64,000 bases of DNA from the NCBI GenBank assembly GCA_002269645.1, contig NIVC01000302.1, positions 1 through 64,000 of the forward strand, given 5' to 3'. Of this stretch, positions 54,601-64,000 are shown piece after piece. The position numbers and the translations under genes were made by a program. Positions within the stretch are counted from its first letter, which is position 1. Each line of letters begins with the position of its first letter. Source of the DNA: Macrostomum lignano (lineage: Eukaryota). The notes beneath the pieces are model-generated. The model was not told where the DNA came from and did not search any database. It worked only from the letters and a program-made list of their open reading frames with translations.

Positions 54601-57600
54601 TGCCTTCGCGCACCAGACCAGATGTCTCGGGGTCATACTTGACCACCGGCTCAACTGGTCCTTTCACGTGAAAGCAAAAGCCAAGCGTGCCTCAGCCATC
54701 CTGGCCCAGCTCCGTCGAGCACTTGGCACTTCTTGGGGTCTTTCCCCAAAGCGGCTTTGGTGGATCTACACTTCCGTAGTTAAGACCTGCCATTACGTAC
54801 GCCTCGGGTGTCTGGGTTAGCGCTACCCAGGTCAAAAGCCACGCAGATTTGCTCAACACGATCCAGGGCAGAGCGTGTAGGCTTATCTGCAACGCCACCA
54901 GGTCCACGCCCTTTGCTGGCATGGGGACCTTCCTTAATCTACCGCCTCTCGACCTCTTCGTCAGGGGTGAGGCGGCTAGAACGACCTGGCGTTTACTTGA
55001 TGCCGGTGTCAAATTCATTTACATGAGGGCACCTGCTAAGCGAAACCTCGTCCCGCATAGCGACCTGTGCCTCAACATCCTCAACGAGTGTCAGGCCAAT
55101 CGGGTCCTCACCGATGGCATTGCCTCAACGCTCAACCTGAGACAGCGCTACTCCGTAGCTATCGACTCGCACGATACCATCAATGACCACTGGAACCCTG
55201 GTGAGCTTCACTGCTACACCGATGGTTCTAAGCAGTCAGCCAACACCGGTTTTGGTGTTGGAATCTTCCTGAACGGGAGGGTTATCGCAACCCACGCTCA
55301 GTACACTGGGGTCAACTCTAGTGTCTTCCAAAATGAAGTTCTTGCCATCAGCTCCTGCACCGCAGGGCTCCTCGCCACTGGCGTTACCGGTAAGAACATC
55401 ATATTCCATTCGGACAGCCAAGCTGCCTTGCACGCCATCAGCGGCTGCAGCACCAATTCTGCTACAGTCCTCGACTGTATCAAACTCCTCAACATGTTGG
55501 GCTCCACCAACAAAATCACCCTCAAGTGGGTTCCGGGGCATGTGGGGATCCGAGGGAATGAGTTGGCTGACGCCCTTGCGAAAGTTGGCGCCTCCGGCTC
55601 CTCTCTCGGTCCCGAACCCCTTGTCCCGATTCCTGGCTGTGTCATTGACTCGCGCATCAAAGCGTGGATCAGGACCCAGCACCGCTCGACTTGGGCGAAC
55701 TGCACCACCTGCAGGCAATACAGAGGCGCTGTCCCTCAGCCCTCTCACCAGCTCCGGAAGCTCCTCTTGCGCCTCTCGCGCAGAGACATCCGGGCTGCCA
55801 TCATGACCCTCTCAGGTCACGGCTGCTTCTCTAGGCACCAGTACCTGCAGGGCAACGCCACCAACGCCATCTGCAGTCTCTGTAACTCAGGTGACGAAAC
55901 CGCTGAGCATTTCGTCAGCATCTGTCCCGCCTTTACGCGAGCCAGACTCACTTACCTCGGGCCACACACGTATATTACTGAAGCGTGCAAACCCGAAAAC
56001 TTTAACCAGCTCATGCGCTACCTCCGGGCCACCCGCAGGGCTGAACTCTCCTTTCCAGAGAGCACCATAGCTGCTGGCGACACTGGGGGACCTCCCTGGG
56101 CGGCGCCAACCCTTCGTCCATAGCGATGCGTCGGCCGTTCAGGGATTAGCGGAATGGGCGTTCGCGCCTTCCCGCTGTGTCCCCCCCCGGGACAGCCCTG
56201 CAGCTAAGTCAAGTAAGTCAAGACCCATTCCTGCTGTAAAAGTCGGATCGGATCTTGACACTGAACTCGACCTCGACTCGGTTCTACTGAACAAGTACTT
56301 GCTGCCACTGAACTTCTCAGCAGGAATGGAATCCGTCTTCCTGAACAGTTCAAGCTCTCGATTATCATCAGCAGTTGCGAGTGATTCAGCTGAAACAAGC
56401 CTATGTGCAATGTTTCTTACAGAGGGAGGTTGTACTTGGTGAAACATTGATGGCGGCAACTGAGCAAACTCGGTAGGTGGATCAGCCGGACGTTTTTGCC
56501 CATTCTTTTTTTTACCATTTTGGCTCCTAGAAGCCAATGCAGTCTGCAGATCCCCAGGTTTTCGACTTTGCCATTAACGATAACGAATTAACGATGTTGG
56601 GCAATGCAGCCAGCCAGCGCAGACGCTCCGCTTCGTCCGTAGGAAAGCGATAAATTGGCACGGCGTTGCTTTCTGGATTGGAACTGTAGTGTGCTGGGCA
56701 TCCGAAAACCGTGCACTTTCTCACCATGGCGGCAAGATGCTCTCGCTATCTAAGCTCTTTCAGCTAACAAATACGCACACACATTGAGTAATCAGCCAGC
56801 CCACATTTCTTACTGTGGGCTCAAGCCGAGTTTCCAGTCCCTTCTTTCTACGGTAAACCTATATCGCAGAAGTCCCTGCTTCTACCTTGTAGTCAGTGAG
56901 TTTTTATCTGGTAAAAACCTATTAAAAATGATTTTCAAGGAATACGTTAGTAATAGATCGGCCTCTAAATTTTGTAGTTTCCCGTCTCGAGTATTAAATA
57001 GTCCCTGCCTTAATCTATGTTATAGGTTGAACTATAGAGTGAATACTCAGCAACATTGTAAAGTCGCCATCACAGAAGATTCCGTCTGTGGTTGCCATTT
57101 TTGACAGTGCAGGTAAAGTCTCTCAATCTTTGCGAGTGACGCAACTTAGTTACCCTGCGGCAGACTTAAGCTGAGGAATGAAGTGGGGGAGGGGGCGGTG
57201 TGCGAGGGTTGGACGGATTAAAGCTACCCCGATCAGTTTTCTCGTATCTTTTATTCCAGAAAAGTCCAGAGAAATTGCTCACTGACGCATAGAGTGGCGA
57301 CTTGTCAATGTTGCTGAGTATATTTAGAGCGTTTCGTATAATACTTGAACTATTTGATCTAGTAGCCTCTGGATTAAAGATCAATAACGTTAAAAAGTCC
57401 CACAACTCTTTCGCATTGCTGTCACGGCTTCACTCCAATCCGCACATCCCACAGCCAGGACGATGGCGCTGTACTTTTCGCAGTTCCGCTGGGGCCTGTT
57501 CAGCGAAGCCCCGCCGGGTGATGCGGACTTTAAGGTCTCCGACCCCAGGCACAGGCACAACAAAGATGCCGACAACTTGCTCAACATGAATTGCAATCAA

Positions 57601-60600
57601 CGCAGCGCTGCGGAGGTCATCAGAGACCACGAAGATTTTTTAAGGCCCATCAACTCTGCTACTAAAATGAACTCGAATTTCAATGTTCGTCTGGTGGTTG
57701 AACCCGAGAGACGCCGCGTTGTGATCGTCATGGATATCTCTGGTAGCATGGGATCGGTGAGAAGCCGCTTGCTTTGTCTCAGCTGCGTCGCTTCTTTGCC
57801 TCAATTCCATGCTCTGCTCTACCCGAATCGCTTTGTAACAATTTTTCATTTTTTCATTTTTCATGAAGCTTTCCGCAATACTGCTTGCTGGGTTAATGAT
57901 TTCTGTAATCAGTTTTTATAAATACACAAAGATCAACATATAGCAATTCATTCTTACTCATTTTGGACCCATTCAGGACAACCGAATTCAAAGTTTGATT
58001 GGTGCAGTGAACCATTACATTGCCTTCACTCTGGAGACCGGGTCAGAGTGCGCCCTGATCAGCTTTACGGGCAACCCCACTGTGCTGCAAAATTTCATCC
58101 TGGTTGACTCACCGGCTGTTCGACGTCAGCTGATGCAATCCGTCTCGAATCTGACTGCCGGAGGAGGCACCTGCATCAGTGGAGCTGTTCAAGAGGCTAT
58201 GAAGGTCAGTGATTTGGTCATTGAACAGATTTACGCACAGTCAGATTCTTAGACAAGCCATAGTTCAGGCCAGGTACCACTGACTGAATCACCTACTCCT
58301 CAATCAAATCACCCAGCTGCTAGGTGAGGACCCAACAAGTCCAACTCATCGTTCGAGTGGTCAGATACTTTTGGTCACAGAAGGTGAGGAAAATGAAGAC
58401 TGCAGCATCAGTCTGGACTCTACGATCGATGCCATATCGAAAACGAGCCTCAGAGTCAACACCATCCGGTTCGGTGAAAGTGCGGACATGCGGATGTCGC
58501 TTCTTGCCAGTGTCACGAACGGTAGCGCGCAATTCATTCCGGTGGACAGCAACCTTGCAGCGTCCAAACTTTTACTGCAGCTGACCTCACTGCAGTCTGA
58601 TCTCGCTGGCGTGAACAGGACCGTTGTCGTGAGTTGTGGTGAATTCTGTCGTGAAAATTGATGCGTCATAAATTTATTACCTTTCGTCTCATTCAGCATC
58701 CTTTATTTCATTGAACTCCAACAGCCAAATTCTGCTCTTGACTGAGGATCAAATATGTCAGGGGCGTGGAACTCGTAACGTGGCAGTGCAACATGTTAAT
58801 TAATTCTTAAAGTTTTATGTCACACTAGCAATCAGAAAAGTTATTATCTTAAGAAAAATGATGATTTTTAAAGCTAAAAGCCCTGAAAGCCAGTTATTCA
58901 GTCTAAGATATCAGCATCCTGTGAGCTGTGGCATCAAAGCGTCTCTTTAAGCCTTAGCCTACCAAAAGCTCCCAATTGACCGTTGGCACCTCGGTAACCA
59001 CCCCTCCAAAGGTCTTGACATCTCAGCAATTTCCCTATAGGTAATTCTCACGTACTTTTAGCAATTCCCCAATGAGTCTTTTATGTCCGATAGGGCGATT
59101 CGAGAATAGGGTTCTTTAGGCATCTATTCTGCTTGACACGACGCTTCTTTTATTTTTGACGTGACTCTTCCTTTGTTATTTCTTTCGTCTTTTAAATCAA
59201 TATTTCCATTATAAAATGATTAATGAAAATTTACAATTTCAAACTTCAAACCCGCGTTTCTGAATTAGCTGTTCAGTCTGTTCATATCCCGACTAACTCT
59301 CATCCAATCAAGGACGTAAATCGTAGCACTCATAATTAAATACTCACATCAAGTCGGTTAGCGAAAAGTCACAGGAAGAAGTTGTGACGTAACCGATTTC
59401 TCAGTCAGTCAGTATCAGCCTCCATTGAGTTTGAAGGAGGAATAAAAAATGCAGATAGGAGAGACATGAGGGAGAGATGGATGAGAGATGGGTGAGAGAT
59501 GGGTGAGAGATGGGTTAGAGATGGGTGAGAGATGCGGACGAGATGAAGGCGAGACTCTGCACAATGGGAATCTGCACAATGGGAATCTGCACAATGGGAA
59601 TCTGCACAATGTATTCTGCACAATTGGATTCTGCACAATGGGAATCTGCACAATTGGATTCTGCACAATGGGAATCTGCACAATGAGATTCTGCACAGTG
59701 GGATTTAAACCGCAGGATTTATCTGCATTCTGTAACATTACTACCTAGATGGAATTACCATAGCAAATTAGTAAGAAATTGCTTTAGAATATGTAATAAA
59801 TCATTTAGAACTCCCACTTACATATTGCTAGTGTCTCTCAGATTGTTATTCTGTGCAACAAGCGCTGGTTGCATTGGCTTCCATCATAGTTTGACTCCAT
59901 ACGAACTGTTCTTTGTTCCCACAGCTGGATTCGAGGCAAGTTCCTTCTGACCTGCGGTATCCGGTGGAATTCGACGTCAGCGCTCGCAGCAACCTCGTCT
60001 TCTCGCTGTTTCTGCCAAGCGATCCCGCCAAGGTTGGCTCTCTGCGCCTCGTGCTTCGGTCGCCGAGCGGTAGGACTTTCGATTGCTCTGGCGGCAGCAG
60101 CGCCGTTTGCACAGTCGATGCTGCAGTCGGATCCGTGACGGTGCAAATTCCTGACGCAGAGGTTGAGGTCAGTTGAGCCAATTTACTTGCACTATGAGCC
60201 ACTGCTCTAGCTTGCTGGAGGGATACTTTACGCCGGCAAAAGTTGGAAACAGAAGAAAGGGAAATGTTAACAGCTACTGCAGCAGTGTATTACACTTGAA
60301 CTGGCATTTCCTATTCATTATAATAAATGAATAGGGAGCAGAGAAGTCGAAATGTGGCAGAGTTAGGGCCAACGTTGGGACTTGCAAACAATATTAATCG
60401 CCTCGCCTCAAACCCGCCACTCCAACAGAGCGGAAAGTGGACGCTGGCGAATCTCGCGGTCGGTCTCGCACGTCGGATTCGCAGACAGGCGGCCTCACAA
60501 GCTCAGATAGTTGTCACTGGAGACCCGTTTGGAATCTTTTTAACAGATACTATCGTTAAAGTGTCACCAAACAATCTGAGAATGGTCAAGTACGATACTT

Positions 60601-62156
60601 CAATCAATGTCTACGTGAATCTATTACCAAAATCCCAAGTATTAAATGCGTATCAAATGTACGCACGTGTAACACTAGGTGGCCACACGGAAGTGGCTCG
60701 ATTTTGTCTATTAAAACTAAAGCACGGTGAGTAAAGACTAAACATTAATTAACTGCCATAAAAGTTTTGCTCTCAAACAACGATTTAGAACGCATATTAC
60801 TCCAATTAATTTTTTATAGAAAAAGGACACTACATCGCCAGGGTACCACTGTATGCAGTACAGAAAGCTGGCCTGTATCTTGTCGATGTGCATTTGACGT
60901 ACCCGTCCTCAATGGTAGTGAGTGCCGGCAGTTTGACTGTTCAGGAAGAGGACCCCAACTTTGACAGACGTCGTATTATGCCTGAACAAATCGTTGAGGT
61001 CTATACAAAAGAATTTATTAGATCGAGCAAAATATTGGAGATCCTGTGGTATCCAGTTGAAGATCCGTCTGGTCTACTCCCGCCTAAAGCAGGTATGTGT
61101 AACGCTTGCAGCTGTGACGAAGCGAGTTCGGGATGGCACATATTATTAGTTATTTATTTATTAGTTTATTTATTAGTTATTGCCGATACGAAGAGTACGA
61201 GTACGAGATGACGTACGCCAATAACAACGGGGAAAAAACGAGAGCGCGGTGACAATTGTCCTCGTTTAAACCTCGGATGACTATAAAAAAATAATAATTA
61301 ACAATTAATAAAAAGTAAAGTACACTTTTTAAAAATAAATCACGTTGAATTGGTAGTTGGAGGACCTACAATTTAATTAACTACAACTAATTTTAACTAA
61401 CAAAAAGTCAGATGGAAACTAAAAACTAAAGATGCTAATTAAATCGTTACACAAGCCTTCAACGAACCACACCGTCACACAGCAGCTCTGCTGATTGTTG
61501 AAATACAAGCTGAAATATGAATTGTTCGGAAACAGTTATTCTTTCGCTACCAAGTTATCAGAGTAGTGTAAACAGTGCCCCAAATATTTTTTGCACAGCC
61601 GTCATGCAAATTTCACTGATTCTGACGCTTATGAGCATCCAAATTGCCTCCATCAGAAGTGCCTGTCTACAGCATTCGCTACAGAGAATACGGCGGCAAC
61701 TGCTCCACTGCAAACGGCTATGACTATAGCTTCTGTCCGGAACTGGCTGTCACCAACCAATCTTCAGTGAACATCTACAACCAGTATATGGCTCTCAATG
61801 AGCCTCTAATGTGGATATCAGTGATTGCCATTTCCGCTGCAAACGTGTCCAGTCTGCCTAGCTATCGATTCTCCATTCCACCCACTTCTTACAATGACTA
61901 TTTCGCCGAAGACAAAAAGCTATGGTGCGAACTCCCCAAATCTAAAACTCCAAACAACTCTCTCGACCCGACTGTGGCGAATGACCCGAACAAGGCCAAG
62001 TCAACAGTCGACTCCATGACCAAGTCGTCGCCACGAAACTCGACGCAGGCGAAATCGTCGGCTCAACTAAATGTGGATCTGGCGTGGCTCAGTGCGGGAA
62101 CCGTCTGCTGTCTGGCTGTCCTCACGGTATCCGCACAGCAGTGGCTGATCCAGTGA
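51690..62156 (+). CDS. CLCA: CLCA (calcium-activated chloride channel regulator) family protein, ~883 aa; exons 51690-51878, 51958-52264, 57455-57756, 57977-58204, 58317-58628, 59925-60167, 60429-60726, 60820-61092, 61657-62156
   Basis: Signal peptide; CLCA_N features (EVSVLLP, ADFVV, CG); RWGLFSE; HNKDADNLLNMNCNQRSAAEVIRDHEDF; vWA motifs VIVMDISGSM and GGGTCI; beta-sandwich and FnIII-like parts; hydrophobic C-terminus. All introns GT-AG, joined length 2652 nt in frame. Confidence 0.88.
52342..56878 (-). mobile_element. P-superfamily (THAP9/Galileo-like) DNA transposon, defective, interrupted by a LINE
   Basis: 56-bp TIRs with 3 mismatches (52342-52397 / 56823-56878); 7-bp TSD CTTCTAC; frameshifted THAP domain (MVRKCTVFGC..RFP..W..GICRLHW) from 56727; transposase fragment RNCALVFDKMDIKPSMLLY in ORF 52470-52697. 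Confidence 0.88.
52740..56222 (+). mobile_element. 5'-truncated non-LTR retrotransposon (APE C-half, RT, RNase H, CCHC), frameshifted
   Basis: GDLNAH/SEH endonuclease motifs, YADD RT motif, YTDGSK...WVPGH.GN RNase H motifs, CSLCNSGDETAEHFVSIC zinc knuckle, tail CTAAGTCAAGTAAGTCAAG; three frame breaks (~53200, ~53530, ~54800). Confidence 0.93.
59460..59700. repeat. 11-bp and 15-bp tandem repeats in CLCA intron 5
   Basis: GAGAGATGGGT and CTGCACAATGGGAAT units. Confidence 0.9.
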
Positions 62157-62846
62157 GCTCGCAGTTCAGTCAGCAGCGATATGGGAGATGCCTCGTTGGC
62201 TCTGAGCTCGGAAACTCGCTGAATAAAGACTCCTCATTTCGTTTTGGCAAATAGCCGTGGATTCGTTCTCCAGAAAATGCTCTTTCTGTTCCTCTGCGCG
62301 GATTGTCAGAGTCAGAGACAAACTATTAGAGTAAGAAAGCATCAATAGGAAGTAGCTAAGTGGTGTGCTGCCCCTGTATAAACGTGTGATTACCCTGCGA
62401 TTTACAATTATCTGTACTGCAATCAAACCAAATTAGTATTCTCAAGCCATTCTCAAACCATTCATTCAATGTATTTAATCCGCTCATAATTAATCTTAAT
62501 TTCTAAGCCAACCCAGTCAGTGTATTTAATTGCTTTGATCTCGCAAATCCAATTGCTGTCAAATTGTTTCATTCTTGGATCCCGGAAAATTTCAAACTGC
62601 GATATTGACATTACTAATGACTACAACTAAATATTTCAGTATGAATTTGTACATGATTGACAAGCGGTCAGAATGATAAAACTACAAATACACTGTGCAG
62701 AAAATTCTGGAAATAAACTGATTAAATTTTTCCAAACGCATAAAATAATTGGCTGGCTTTTGCTTGTGCAATGCCAATCTGTGACCTGAAAGTAATGTAC
62801 TTGCAGATGGAAATCGGTGGTTGACGGTCGGGACTTTTCCTTAACT

Positions 62847-63041
62847 ATGCTATTGCTTATGCTCATGAATGCTCGATCGTTGCTAGGGGCTGCATCATGG
62901 ATTAATAAAACCATGGGCTGCTCGTCTGCCTTAAATTTGGGGGTGCAATTTTGTCTCGCGAAGCCCCCGCTCGCACCGATGGATTGTTCTGGCAGCAAAT
63001 GCGCGCGTCTGCTCCAGCCGCTCTCAGTCTTAGCGCAGCAG
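62847..63041 (+). CDS. Probable first coding exon of a small secreted Cys-containing protein
   Basis: MLLLMLMNARSLLGAAS signal-like N-terminus, four Cys, ending at a CAG|GTATGG donor. A possible phase-0 terminal exon lies at 63712-63762. Confidence 0.4.
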
Positions 63042-64000
63042 GTATGGTGACCTTCGCGTGTCACTGCTGACATGTGATTAGCGCTGTGATGGGAGACTGT
63101 AAAAACAGGAAATCCAATGCTGCTATAGTATCGTCGCAATCCTCATTGTGTTCAATGCGGGTCGCGTGATATTTGACCGTTCCATGCTGTGCGATCGAAG
63201 TGCAGCAGAGTCATGCGGCCAGGCAACACAAGCACCGCAGTATCACAGTGACCGTCGCAGGACTGAGTGCTGCATCGAGACTGATATATTCCTGCACGGT
63301 CACGAGTGCGGGAATGACATCTGCACGAGTGCACGATGTCCTTCACGCACGAGTGAACGTGAAGGAATCCCATTGTCGGATGATTCATCGTGCAGGAATG
63401 CACAAAACCGTGCAAGAATGCATTTCTGCGCCTAATGCTTTTTCAGTGAGATTTTACCATAGACATGCATCCATTCCTGCACGCAAGAGTGCGAGAATGC
63501 CATTCTTGCATGGAAAATCAGCCGACAATGCTCCAAGGACTACTTAACTAGAAGGACGCTAAACTCTAAAATGGTGGCAAAATAGTTGAAGGCCGATTTT
63601 TCTTTTCCCTATAAATTTTGAGAAGTTGCACGTATGAAGATGATCCTTTCACTCGAAGTGCAGAATTTATTCCTCTTTCAACCAAATTGTTACTCGTATC
63701 TGTAGCTGCAGGTGTTCGACAGAATAGTGTACAATAAACTACACGTACCCCCAGTTCAGTAACTTAACTACTTAACTAGACAAGCTTAAAACAATAGAGG
63801 ATTCATGTTCTATAAGATCGGAAAATATCAAGTAGCCATTTTACTATCCAAACCTAAACGAAGCCGATCTCGTCATGAACATGTTGTAACTCTCTAGAGT
63901 GAAATCAACCACTGAAGGAACTCCTGACTACACCACACACCACGACGCAATGCGCAACAAACCTCGAAACCTTGAAATCAAGCCCGACAAATAAAAAACA

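Larger units (their letters stand above)
52321..57007. mobile_element. Outer ~140-bp MITE (CAGGGACT...AGTCCCTG) that received the P-element insertion
   Basis: 8-bp TIR; flanks GCTTAATC and CCTTAATC give a 7/8 TSD match. Confidence 0.55.

Noticed and set aside
63148-63547. His/Cys-rich ORFs
   Set aside because: Overlapping frames arise from an internally repetitive palindromic segment with no recognisable domain.

Overview
Eukaryotic animal genomic DNA with GC-rich exons, AT-rich spacers and a different minisatellite in almost every intron. The style suggests a flatworm such as Macrostomum (inference, not shown by the sequence). Genes reconstructed by hand from splice sites and frame arithmetic: DZANK1 (minus, runs off the left edge, one apparent 1-nt frameshift); a head-to-head EFCAB5 (11 exons, ~1453 aa); a small secreted SUEL/rhamnose-binding lectin (minus); an intronless BRCC36/BRCC3; an intronless TspanC8 tetraspanin; one or two orphan ORFs; a 9-exon CLCA-family protein (~883 aa) that has lost its HExxH zinc motif; and the probable first exon of a small secreted protein. 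Mobile DNA: two defective RNase H-bearing non-LTR retrotransposons of one family; a PIF/Harbinger with an intact intron-containing transposase inserted into the first LINE; a MITE > P-element > LINE nest in CLCA intron 2; a TTAA-flanked 1.6-kb foldback element; a CORE-type SINE; a hAT-type MITE; and a Crypton relic. The most unusual observations are an intronic 37-bp minisatellite in EFCAB5 whose unit is an RFX X-box, a 30-bp intronic repeat built from splice signals, and the protease-dead CLCA.
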